Positions 51,166 to 59,983 of a DNA stretch of 64,000 nt are shown here, one piece after another. A program made the position numbers and the translations under genes. The stretch covers positions 21,988-85,987 of the forward strand of contig CAZDQS010000003.1 of assembly GCA_964507855.1 (NCBI GenBank), read 5' to 3'. Under the pieces are notes generated by a model. It was given only the letters and a program-made list of their open reading frames with translations. It did not search any database and had not been told where the DNA came from. Each line of letters begins with the position of its first letter. The stretch's first letter is position 1. This DNA is from an uncultured Candidatus Saccharibacteria bacterium (GTDB lineage Bacteria > Patescibacteriota > Saccharimonadia > Saccharimonadales > CAZDQS01).

Positions 51166-53463
51166 ATGGAGCGCGGATTATTCCTGGTCATAGAGGGGAC
51201 TGATGGTTCTGGCAAAGGGACGCAGTTTAAGCTGCTGGTCGAACGGCTGAAGAGCGCGGGGCATGAGGTCGCGACTTTTGACTTTCCTCAATATGACGAA
51301 GCTTCTAGCTTTTTTGTGAAAGAATACTTGAATGGTAAGTACGGAAGCGCAGATGAGGTTGGTCCGTACACCGGTTCGCTGTTCTACGCGCTCGACCGCT
51401 ACCAGGCAGCCCCGAAGATCCGCCAAGCTTTAGCCGAAGGTAAAATCGTGCTCGCCAACCGCTACACTGGCTCAAACATGGCCCATCAAGGTACGAAGTT
51501 TAACAACTATGACGAACGCCGCGGCTACTTCCTTTGGCTTGACAGCCTAGAATTCCAGATGCTCGGCATACCACGCCCTACCAAAAGCTTCGTCCTGCGC
51601 GTCCCTGCTGAAACCGCTCAAAGCCTCGTCGACCAGAAAGAGAAGCGTTCTTATACCGATAGCAAGCGTGATATCCACGAAGCTGACCTGAGCCATTTGC
51701 AGCGTGCAGTTGCTGTGTATGACGATTTGTGTGCACTTTTTCCCGAAGATTTCCAGCGCATCGACTGCGTCCGCCAAGACAAGCTTATGAGCGTCGAAGA
51801 AATTAATAATTTACTATGGGAGGCGATCCAGCCTATGTTACCAACCCGACCCGAAGAAAACGAATCACAAAACCAAGACGCATACGTCGAGAAAAACAAA
51901 GACGGCATCTATGTCATGACCGAGGCTGGCAAACAGTTCCTCAAAGAAGCAGTTACGAATGTCAACAAAGACGTGTATGCGTTTACTGACAAGCTGAGTC
52001 CTGTTACCGTGGCCGCTGCCATGGCGCGCCTCAGCCGCCGCGGCGATGACATGCGTATAACCATACTGGATGAATTTGCCGCTGCCGCCGGCAAAGATGA
52101 GAAGTTGCTCCAGCGGGTCATTACCGCTTACGGTGACGACTCTGTCCAGCAACTTGTCGGTCAACACCTCGTGGTTGAAGGCGCTTCGAACTTGCTTACC
52201 AAAAAGCTGGAGTGGGGCAGGCTAGCCGCGTACCTAGAGCAATCGACGCGTTATATATATTTTGACCAGAAAGACGAACGAGGCAAGTACAAGTACCACA
52301 CGCCCAAACACCTGGACACTAAGACCAAGCGTCAGTATACGGAGACAATGGACCAGATCTTCGACATGTATTCCGAGATGGTCCACAAACTAACAGATTA
52401 CATCAAGTCAACTTCGTCGACACCTAAAGAAGAGCGTGATGCCGCTTGGAAGGGAGCTGTACGCGCCCAGGCATGTGATGCTATTCGCCCCGTCCTGCCA
52501 GTGGCAACCAAATCTACTGTGGGAATTTATGCCTCCGGTCAGGCACTTGAGAGCCTCATCATGCACCTGCTCAGTGATGAATTGCCGGAAGCCAAGCAAA
52601 CCGGGCAATACATCCTGCAAGAAACCCGTAAAGTCATTCCTACTTTCCTCGAACGTGCTGATAAGCCGGATCGCGGCGGAGCTGCAATCGCATATGTCGC
52701 CAACACAAGAAGCGCCGTCCGCGAACTTGCCGAGAAAAATCTACAGGAACGCCACAGCGAAGATCTCGACCCCGTCAATCTCGTCAGCGTCTGGCCGCGC
52801 AATGAACTCGATATCGTTCCCGATATGCTGTATGAGCACAGCGGCCTGTCACTCGAGGAGCTAACGCAACAGGTCAATACGTGGCCGTATGATAAGCGAG
52901 TTGAAGTATTTCAGGCATACATGGGTGAGCGCCTCAACCGCCGGCACAAGCCAGGACGGGCACTAGAGAAAATCCATTATAACTGGGACCTTATCTGTGA
53001 CTATGGTATCTTCCGCGACTTGCAACGTCACCGCATGGTAGATGATCTGGAGTGGCAGCAGCTGACTCCGCGGTATGGTTATGATATTCCGTCGCTCGTA
53101 GAAGAAGCAGGTCTAACAGAACAGTTCGTGGCATGTTTTGATCTCAGCCTCGGTCTCCACAGCTACCTGCAGGCTGCCGGCTACACGCTGGAAGCACAGT
53201 ATGCGACACTCCTTGGCCACAAGATGCGCTGGAAAGTCACCTACAATGCTCGTGAGGCGTTTCATCTGCACGAACTGCGCACCTCGCCGCAAGGACACCC
53301 AGGCTACCGCAAGCTTGTCCAGCAAATGCACGAGAAGCTCGCCGAGGTTCACCCGCTGCTGGCGGAGGCTATGAAATTCGTAAACCAAGGCGAAGACCCG
53401 GAGCTTACCCGCCTCGCCGCCGAACGCTACACCCAGTTCAAACTCCAGCAGCTAAGCGGCTAG
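51166..53463 (+). CDS. fusion protein: thymidylate kinase domain + tandem ThyX-like (flavin-dependent thymidylate synthase) halves
   Basis: The N-terminus carries EGTDGSGKGTQ (Tmk). The C-terminal ~550 aa carry EQSTRY in half 1 and QRHRM...PRYG in half 2 (a split ThyX signature). SD AAGGAGGGG. Confidence 0.72.
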   Translation: MERGLFLVIEGTDGSGKGTQFKLLVERLKSAGHEVATFDFPQYDEASSFFVKEYLNGKYGSADEVGPYTGSLFYALDRYQAAPKIRQALAEGKIVLANRYTGSNMAHQGTKFNNYDERRGYFLWLDSLEFQMLGIPRPTKSFVLRVPAETAQSLVDQKEKRSYTDSKRDIHEADLSHLQRAVAVYDDLCALFPEDFQRIDCVRQDKLMSVEEINNLLWEAIQPMLPTRPEENESQNQDAYVEKNKDGIYVMTEAGKQFLKEAVTNVNKDVYAFTDKLSPVTVAAAMARLSRRGDDMRITILDEFAAAAGKDEKLLQRVITAYGDDSVQQLVGQHLVVEGASNLLTKKLEWGRLAAYLEQSTRYIYFDQKDERGKYKYHTPKHLDTKTKRQYTETMDQIFDMYSEMVHKLTDYIKSTSSTPKEERDAAWKGAVRAQACDAIRPVLPVATKSTVGIYASGQALESLIMHLLSDELPEAKQTGQYILQETRKVIPTFLERADKPDRGGAAIAYVANTRSAVRELAEKNLQERHSEDLDPVNLVSVWPRNELDIVPDMLYEHSGLSLEELTQQVNTWPYDKRVEVFQAYMGERLNRRHKPGRALEKIHYNWDLICDYGIFRDLQRHRMVDDLEWQQLTPRYGYDIPSLVEEAGLTEQFVACFDLSLGLHSYLQAAGYTLEAQYATLLGHKMRWKVTYNAREAFHLHELRTSPQGHPGYRKLVQQMHEKLAEVHPLLAEAMKFVNQGEDPELTRLAAERYTQFKLQQLSG

Positions 53464-53490
53464 TTGGTGCTATTCGACTTTGCCCGCTAG

Positions 53491-53979
53491 TTAAGTTCTT
53501 GGCGCCAGCCCGCTGAGCAGGGTATATACAACACCGTGTGGTGAAGTACCGTCGTTCAGCAGCAGCGGTCCCATGAACCTTGTGATTCTATGGATACGCT
53601 GATCACTCCTCCCACTCCAGAGGAGGCTGACGTTTGGGTATGCATCCGCTTCAAAAGGTATGGTCATGATTCTACTTTTTGCGACTCGTATTAGCCGTGC
53701 ATCAACTTCGGTTAGCGTGCCCTCGTCGACATCATAGCCATAAGCTATACAACTCCCGCTCTCCTTAAGGTCGTCTTGACCTACAGCATCTAAGTGCCTT
53801 CTAAGTCGCGCAGTAGTACGTACAATTTTCACGGCATCAACAGAAGGGTTGAGGGGAATTCCCTGGCGAATTTTTTCATCCAACGGTTCAGGAGCGCCTT
53901 TATTGGCGTCAAAGTTTACAACCAAAATCTCATTGGCTGCCTGTTCTGCACCTACGGTCGCCTGCTCTCGGCCTATCAT
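53491..53979 (-). CDS. hypothetical protein (162 aa)
   Basis: Clean ORF with SD GGAG about 10 nt upstream. No family recognised. Confidence 0.6.
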   Translation of the reverse strand: MIGREQATVGAEQAANEILVVNFDANKGAPEPLDEKIRQGIPLNPSVDAVKIVRTTARLRRHLDAVGQDDLKESGSCIAYGYDVDEGTLTEVDARLIRVAKSRIMTIPFEADAYPNVSLLWSGRSDQRIHRITRFMGPLLLNDGTSPHGVVYTLLSGLAPRT

Positions 53980-53994
53980 ACTATTATTCTCCGT

Positions 53995-54028
53995 AAAAAA
54001 ACCGAGCTTCGTCGTTGGAGCTCGGTTT
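53995..54028 (-). terminator. intrinsic terminator oriented on the minus strand
   Basis: 10-bp stem AAACCGAGCT/AGCTCGGTTT. On the minus strand it is followed by TTTTTTT. Confidence 0.55.
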
Positions 54029-54387
54029 GTGTTTCTTCTTGTCTAAATTATCGTGTTACACGAACTCCAACGTTATTTGCCCACAATGAGTACATAGCCG
54101 TACTTGCGGGCCGGCATGTGCTTGGCAATAAAGTTGAAGCATTGTGTTATCACGGCCAAAACTGTAAACCTCATCAACATTCTTGTCAAGTCCAATTTGG
54201 TGTGATATGTTCGTCTACATGATTCGCTTTAACCATATAATGCACGGTCTCAGCCTCCTCCTCGGCCTTCATGGGCTGTGCTTCAACATGGTTGAAGCCT
54301 CCCGCCGATAAGAGGTGGCAGCACAGCCCTTAAGACACCAAAGCAGGCTTCAACCAGAAGTCTGTTTATTAATTTTTGGAGATTGTT

Positions 54388-54678
54388 ATGAGCATAGAAA
54401 TTGGAAGTGTTGACCCTGCTGAATGGGAGAAGGCATGCGCCAACGCGATTGTTGGCCCCGGAGAAGCTAGCTGGAAGTCCTGGAAGATGGGAGGCGGTCC
54501 GCACACAAGTGATATGGAGACAGCTCACCCAGATGTAATAACCAAATACGGCTCAATCGGTAGCCAAGTCGTTAGACGCACATCCTGCATAGTGCCTTAC
54601 GCTGGCACAGAGAGCGAGTATGACATGCCCCAACAGGCAGCCACCCCCAACGAGCATTGGGTTAATATGATTGCTTGA
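54388..54678 (+). CDS. hypothetical protein (96 aa)
   Basis: ATG 54388 with GGAG 7 nt upstream. No family recognised. Confidence 0.5.
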   Translation: MSIEIGSVDPAEWEKACANAIVGPGEASWKSWKMGGGPHTSDMETAHPDVITKYGSIGSQVVRRTSCIVPYAGTESEYDMPQQAATPNEHWVNMIA

Positions 54679-54701
54679 CAATTAGAAGGCGGAGGCGCAC
54701 T

Positions 54702-54773
54702 ATGATTTCCATGGTAAAAAGTCTCATTCTTGGTTTGATTATTATCAACCCCGAAAGCGGGACTACTGCCTAA
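54702..54773 (+). CDS. possible 23-aa hydrophobic micro-protein (MISMVKSLILGLIIINPESGTTA)
   Basis: Hand-found. SD GGAGG 7 nt upstream, and a strong terminator follows 22 nt downstream. Confidence 0.35.
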   Translation: MISMVKSLILGLIIINPESGTTA

Positions 54774-54795
54774 TTGCCTTCAATCAAAGAAAAGT

Positions 54796-54819
54796 AGCCC
54801 CGCATCCGCGGGGCTTTTT
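54796..54819 (+). terminator. intrinsic terminator
   Basis: 8-bp stem AGCCCCGC/GCGGGGCT, loop ATCC, then TTTTT. Confidence 0.65.
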
Positions 54820-54840
54820 AATTACATCAAGGAGTAGATC

Positions 54841-55116
54841 ATGAGGAGAAAAACATCAAGTGACACAAGGGAGGGTAGGACAACTGCTTGGGGTGATGAA
54901 ATTTATGCTAAGGGTAGAGTGGTCATAAGTCACCCCCAGGGACTGGGCTCGTATGCGCTTGCTAATCGCATGTACGGTGCGCCACCTGTCGAAAAGCCAA
55001 TAGACACCGGTGATTATCGTCGCCCGCAGACAACGGAGCAGCACGAGCAACAAAAATTCGAAGAAGTTGTAGCCAAAATCGCCGAAATGGCAACGCAAAC
55101 TGTGGTAGAAGTATGA
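54841..55116 (+). CDS. hypothetical protein (91 aa)
   Basis: SD AAGGAG. ATGA overlap with ridA. Confidence 0.55.
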   Translation: MRRKTSSDTREGRTTAWGDEIYAKGRVVISHPQGLGSYALANRMYGAPPVEKPIDTGDYRRPQTTEQHEQQKFEEVVAKIAEMATQTVVEV

Positions 55117-55484
55117 GCACACAATTCGGCCCCTATTCACCAGTAAAACAAGCCGGGAACCTCTACTTCGTATCCGGCCAAGTTGGTGTCCATCCGGTCA
55201 CCAAGACAGCGCCATCCGACATTAGAGCTCAGACCAGACAGGTGCTTGATAATCTTGCAGCAGTCCTCAAAACAGCCAACCTGGACCTAAGCCACGTCGT
55301 GAAAACCACCTTGTTCTTAAATAATATTGATGACTTTGCAGCTGTTAATGAAATATATGTTACGTATTTTCCTGAGCCGCGACCGGCACGCTCATGCGTC
55401 GCAATAGCGTCGCTACCCAGAGTTGCAGGTGATACAGAGCTTTTGATTGAGATAGAAGCCATCGCCCACAAGGAGGACAAGTGA
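55113..55484 (+). CDS. ridA: RidA/YjgF-family enamine/imine deaminase
   Basis: 123 aa with ...GNLYFVSGQVG...PARSCVAIASLP...IEIEAIA. Confidence 0.9.
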   Translation: MSTQFGPYSPVKQAGNLYFVSGQVGVHPVTKTAPSDIRAQTRQVLDNLAAVLKTANLDLSHVVKTTLFLNNIDDFAAVNEIYVTYFPEPRPARSCVAIASLPRVAGDTELLIEIEAIAHKEDK

Positions 55485-56974
55485 GCAAAAACAGCACAAC
55501 AGCTCAGGTAAACGTCTATGACTTGGCGATCAAAACGCCGCTTCATAAGACCGCTAAACTTTCACGCGAACTCGGCAATACCGTCTATTTAAAACGCGAA
55601 GACCTCCAGCCTGTCCACTCATTTAAAATCCGTGGCGCGTACTACAAAATCGCCAGCCTCAACGAGGAAGAGCGATCACGCGGCGTCATTGCAGCCAGTG
55701 CCGGCAACCACGCGCAAGGCGTGGCGCTGAGCGCCCGCGAGCTCGGTATCCCCGCAACCATCGTTATGCCAGTCACGACCCCCAGCATCAAGGTTGACGC
55801 CGTCAAGGGCTATGGCGCAGAGGTGGTATTGGCAGGAGATAACTATTCGGAGGCTTACGAGCATTGCCAGCAGCTCATAGAGAGCAGCGGCAAGATCTTT
55901 ATCCACCCTTATGATGATCCGCTCGTCATCGCCGGCCAGGGCACAATTGGGCAAGAAATTATAGATGAATTGCCCACCACCAGCCATGTGTTTGTGCCGG
56001 TTGGCGGCGGCGGACTAATCGCTGGTGTCGCACAAGCTATCAAGCACGTGAATCCAAGCATAAAGATTATTGGCGTCGAGCCAGAGGACAGCAATGCCAT
56101 GCAGGCCTCTCTGGCAGCCGAGCATCGAGTCACATTACCGCACGTCGGATTATTTGCAGATGGTGTCGCCGTCAAACAGGTCGGCAACCTCACTTTTGAC
56201 CTGGTGCAAAAGCATGTTGACGAGGTTATTACCGTCAGTACCGACGAAATATGCGCGGGCATCAAGGCGGGATTTGAAGAAACCCGCAGCATCCTCGAGC
56301 CAGCCGGCGCGCTGAGCATTGCCGGCATGCAAAAGTATGTTGCCCAACACGGTACATGGAACCAGCAGCTCGTTGCCATTTGCTCGGGCGCCAACATGCC
56401 ATTTGAGCGTTTGCAGTTTGTGGCCGAGCGCACCTTGCTTGGCAGCAAGAAGGAAGCACTATTTGTCGTGACCTTGCCAGAAGTGCCTGGTGCACTTAAA
56501 AAATTCTGTTTTGAGGTTGTAAACGGACATAATATCACCGAGTTCAACTATCGGCTCAACGAGCGTGAGCAGGCGCGCATATTTGTTGGCATTACGGTGC
56601 GTGACGAGGAAGACAAGCAGGCGTTCACAGCCAAAATGTCCCGCCATAAATATGCGTATACGGACGTTTCGCATGACGACATCGCCAAAGAGCATATACG
56701 CCACATGGTGGGCGGCACCAGCGACAAAGCCTTGCATGAGCAGCTGTACGAGATCCAGTTCCCTGAAAGGCCGCGAGCCTTGGCGGATTTCCTGAATGCA
56801 CTGGGAGAGCGCTGGAATATCAGCCTTTTCCACTATCGCGGCGTCGGAGGTGATGTCGGCCGGGTGCTCATCGGCTTCGAGGCAGACAATCGAACCGAAC
56901 TTGAAAGGGTGCTCAAGAGCATTGGCTATGAGTTTGTCAGGGCAGATTCCCCAGCGGCCAAGCTGCTGCTCTAA
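55481..56974 (+). CDS. ilvA: biosynthetic threonine dehydratase (PLP domain + two regulatory ACT-like domains)
   Basis: 497 aa with the PLP-Lys motif HSFKIRGA, the GGGGLIAG loop and a duplicated C-terminal regulatory domain. Confidence 0.93.
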   Translation: MSKNSTTAQVNVYDLAIKTPLHKTAKLSRELGNTVYLKREDLQPVHSFKIRGAYYKIASLNEEERSRGVIAASAGNHAQGVALSARELGIPATIVMPVTTPSIKVDAVKGYGAEVVLAGDNYSEAYEHCQQLIESSGKIFIHPYDDPLVIAGQGTIGQEIIDELPTTSHVFVPVGGGGLIAGVAQAIKHVNPSIKIIGVEPEDSNAMQASLAAEHRVTLPHVGLFADGVAVKQVGNLTFDLVQKHVDEVITVSTDEICAGIKAGFEETRSILEPAGALSIAGMQKYVAQHGTWNQQLVAICSGANMPFERLQFVAERTLLGSKKEALFVVTLPEVPGALKKFCFEVVNGHNITEFNYRLNEREQARIFVGITVRDEEDKQAFTAKMSRHKYAYTDVSHDDIAKEHIRHMVGGTSDKALHEQLYEIQFPERPRALADFLNALGERWNISLFHYRGVGGDVGRVLIGFEADNRTELERVLKSIGYEFVRADSPAAKLLL

Positions 56975-57355
56975 TGGTTGCGCTCAAGACTGTTATCTGG
57001 TAGAATTGTACCTGTTGCCAAAGACAGCGACAGACCACAAGTCTTAATACGTCGCCGAGGTACAAATCAATCATTTGAATTTGTGCACTTTATAAGAGTC
57101 TTTGGTCTACGGCCAAAGGCTTTTCTATTGAACCCAGTGCATATCTTTCTCTGGGGTTCGAGGGCAAAAGTGACGAGGAAGATGGCAAGTTTCTTGTGAC
57201 AAAGCGTACCTCCCCAGGTACGGTGCGAAGCAAAAAATTGGCAGATTTCCGTCATTTTTGGCTGCAGAATAGAGAAAAGATTGCAGTGGGTTCACTAGGC
57301 AACAAAGAATTTACTAAGGTCGAGGTAAATTTCAATCTAAAAAAGGAGTCATTTT

Positions 57356-57880
57356 ATGGCTTTAACAAAGCAGAAGAAGAACGACATCGTCAAAGAAGTT
57401 GCTGACTTGCTCGGTTCTTCGAAAATGACGGTTGTCGCGAAGTACGAAGGCACGCCAGTGAAGGCGCTGCAGGATCTGCGCCGCCAAGCCCGCGATAACG
57501 GCACCAAGATCAAGGTCGTCAAGAACCGGCTTGTCATCAAGGCGATCGAAGCGACCGAGAGCATCAAGGATGTGGACACCAGCGCGTTGGAAGGCATGCT
57601 TGTCTACGCCTTTAACGACGGGGATGAAGTTGCTCCGGCCCAAAGCCTGGCCAACTTCGCCAAGACCACACCGACTATCGAATTCGTCGGTGCCATCAGC
57701 GCGGACGGCAAGTTCCTAAGCGCCGATGAAGTCAAAGCTCTGGCAACTCTGCCAAGCAAAGATGAGCTTATTGCTCAGGTTATCGCAACCCTTCTTTCGC
57801 CAGTCAACGATGTTACCAATGCGCTTTCGGGCAATTTGCACGCATTACTTGACGGCGTAGAAGCCAAAGCAGCCGCTTAG
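57356..57880 (+). CDS. rplJ: 50S ribosomal protein L10
   Basis: 174 aa with a uL10 sequence. SD AAAGGAG. Preceded by an approximately 380-nt leader. Confidence 0.95.
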   Translation: MALTKQKKNDIVKEVADLLGSSKMTVVAKYEGTPVKALQDLRRQARDNGTKIKVVKNRLVIKAIEATESIKDVDTSALEGMLVYAFNDGDEVAPAQSLANFAKTTPTIEFVGAISADGKFLSADEVKALATLPSKDELIAQVIATLLSPVNDVTNALSGNLHALLDGVEAKAAA

Positions 57881-57984
57881 CGGCAAGTAGCAAGTTAAAA
57901 GTTCGTAAAGTCAAAAGGATTTTCCTGCTAACTTTAATAAACTTTCAACTTTAAAACCTTCAACTAATGTAAAGGAGATAACAA

Positions 57985-58365
57985 ATGGCTGATGTAAAGA
58001 AATTAGCTGAAGAACTGACAAAGCTGACAGTTCTCGAAGTAAACGAACTTAAGACTATCCTCAAGGATGAGTACGGCATTGAGCCAGCTGCTGCTGCAGT
58101 TGCTGTTGCCGGTCCTGCTGGCGGCGGCGACGCTGCTCCAGCTGCTGAGGAAAAGGCTGAGTACGACGTTGTCCTCAAGGACGCAGGTGCTCAGAAGGTA
58201 GCTGTCATCAAGGCTGTTAAGGACCTCACAGGCCTCGGTCTCGGTGAAGCCAAGGCTATCGTTGACGGCGCTCCAAAGACCGTCCTCGAGAAGGCTAAGA
58301 AAGAAGACGCCGAGAACGCCAAGAAGGCTCTCGAAGAAGCCGGTGCCACAGTCGAATTGGCATAA
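57985..58365 (+). CDS. rplL: 50S ribosomal protein L7/L12
   Basis: 126 aa with an Ala-rich hinge and a conserved C-terminal domain ([28 protein letters not shown]). Confidence 0.96.
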   Translation: MADVKKLAEELTKLTVLEVNELKTILKDEYGIEPAAAAVAVAGPAGGGDAAPAAEEKAEYDVVLKDAGAQKVAVIKAVKDLTGLGLGEAKAIVDGAPKTVLEKAKKEDAENAKKALEEAGATVELA

Positions 58366-58386
58366 GCACAGACTTTATCTATTCAG

Positions 58387-58418
58387 AAAACCGCCTTTTA
58401 GGAGGCGGTTTTTCTTTT
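58387..58418 (+). terminator. intrinsic terminator after rplL
   Basis: Stem AAACCGCCT/AGGCGGTTT followed by TTCTTTT. Confidence 0.65.
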
Positions 58419-58480
58419 ATCATAATATTGTGAGTTACATAACTTTGTGGTATTGTGATTTTAATTCAAGGAGACTCGTA

Positions 58481-59293
58481 ATGCCTAATTTTGCGTTTTT
58501 GGATAACAGTGGAGAAGTTATTGCTTTTGCACACAGAGGAGGCGATGCAGCTGGCGCTGACAAAGAAAATACAATGGCTGCCTTTCAGGCTGCACACGAT
58601 ATGGGCTATGGATACTTCGAAACCGACGTCATCTCAAGCGCAGATGGAAAAGTCATGGCAATTCATGGCTCCAAGAACAAGAAAGCTGTCAAAGAAACGA
58701 AGTTACCGCTTCGTTCGGAGCTTCAAGAGATGACTTATGATCAGATTCAGGAAAACGTAAGAATCGGCGGCGAACCGGTGCCAACTCTTGAAGAAGTGCT
58801 GCGAACCTTTCCGGACACACGTGTCAATATTGATCCAAAAACCAAACAAGTCGTCGAACCTCTCGCTAAACTTATTCGCAAAACCGGTGCCATTGATAGA
58901 GTATGTATTGGTGCATTCAGCTATAAGCGCACAAAAGCAGTTGCTGCAGAGCTGGGCGGCCAAGAGAAAGTTTGCACTGCAGTCGGCCCACTTGGCTTCT
59001 TAGCAGCAAAGGGCCTCATGCCCCGTGCATATTTACTGAAAACAGAAGCGGCATGTCTTCAGCTTCCGTTCCGGAAAAAAGACCTTAAGCAGATGTCAAA
59101 CGATCCTGACTTTCCCAACGACCCTATGCTTACAGACACACATGTCGTCGAACGAGCACGCGACGCGGGGCTTGATTTGCACGTATGGACGGTAAACGAT
59201 ACCGAATCCATGGAGAAAGCAGCTGCACTTGGCGTGGACGGAATTATGTCTGATAACCTCGTCGGGCTTCAGTCTGTACTTGGTTCTAAGTAG
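58481..59293 (+). CDS. glycerophosphodiester phosphodiesterase family protein
   Basis: 270 aa from ATG 58481 (SD AAGGAG). GDPD motifs AHRGG...ENT..AF and FETDV. Confidence 0.84.
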   Translation: MPNFAFLDNSGEVIAFAHRGGDAAGADKENTMAAFQAAHDMGYGYFETDVISSADGKVMAIHGSKNKKAVKETKLPLRSELQEMTYDQIQENVRIGGEPVPTLEEVLRTFPDTRVNIDPKTKQVVEPLAKLIRKTGAIDRVCIGAFSYKRTKAVAAELGGQEKVCTAVGPLGFLAAKGLMPRAYLLKTEAACLQLPFRKKDLKQMSNDPDFPNDPMLTDTHVVERARDAGLDLHVWTVNDTESMEKAAALGVDGIMSDNLVGLQSVLGSK

Positions 59294-59432
59294 GTTGAAG
59301 CGCCGAGCCTTACCAGGTGCTGAAAATATTATCCACAGATTTTGATGTTTTTTTTGACATGATTAACTAAAAGTGATAGCTTCATTAGTAAGTGGAGCTC
59401 GAAGATAAACACTTAAGAAGAGAGACCTAAGG

Positions 59433-59939
59433 ATGGCGGAAGTACCCGATAAACAAATAAAAAGGCTTAAGGCTCTTATTCAAGAGGCTGAGACAAGCTT
59501 GGCTGCGGCCAAGGAATTGCTCGTGAGTCTTGTGGGTGAAGACCCGGGAATCATCGCCAGCACCAAAGACGAAGCTCTCGGCAAAGTTATCGAAGGCGTG
59601 TTTGACGGGCAGAACATGGTCGGCAGCGATGGCAAGACATACCCTGTGCCGGCTAACTACGCTTCCAAGTCGAAACTCGTCCAAGGCGACATCCTGAAGC
59701 TGACCATCAGCGATGACGGCACATTTATGTATAAGCAAATTGGCCCGATACCCCGCAAGCAAGTAGTTGGTGCACTCGAACAAAAAGACGGCCATTACTT
59801 TGTTGATGTTAATGGCAAAGAATACCGCGTGCTGCTTGCAAGCGTAACATACTTCAAGGCTAAGCCCGGTGATCGGGTCAGTGTCAACATCCCTGAAGAT
59901 GGCAACGCCGAGTGGGCAGCCCTCGAAGCAGCTTTATAG
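59433..59939 (+). CDS. hypothetical protein (168 aa)
   Basis: Clean ORF with SD-like TAAGGATG context. No family recognised. Confidence 0.7.
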   Translation: MAEVPDKQIKRLKALIQEAETSLAAAKELLVSLVGEDPGIIASTKDEALGKVIEGVFDGQNMVGSDGKTYPVPANYASKSKLVQGDILKLTISDDGTFMYKQIGPIPRKQVVGALEQKDGHYFVDVNGKEYRVLLASVTYFKAKPGDRVSVNIPEDGNAEWAALEAAL

Positions 59940-59983
59940 CCGGCCAGATATCCAAAGCCGCAACTCTCTGGTATTGTTAACGC

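Noticed and set aside
54183-54192. ACT TGA C context as a prfB-style programmed +1 frameshift site joining the two minus-strand ORFs.
   Set aside because: There is no slippery CUU-U type codon (a P-site ACU cannot re-pair on CUU) and no SD-like stimulator at the right distance upstream. A simple indel or pseudogene, or two separate micro-ORFs, is more parsimonious.
58244-58480. Upstream extension of the GDPD ORF (start at 58244), overlapping rplL and its terminator.
   Set aside because: It reads through the rplL C-terminus in another frame and through the terminator hairpin. ATG 58481 has a canonical AAGGAG SD.
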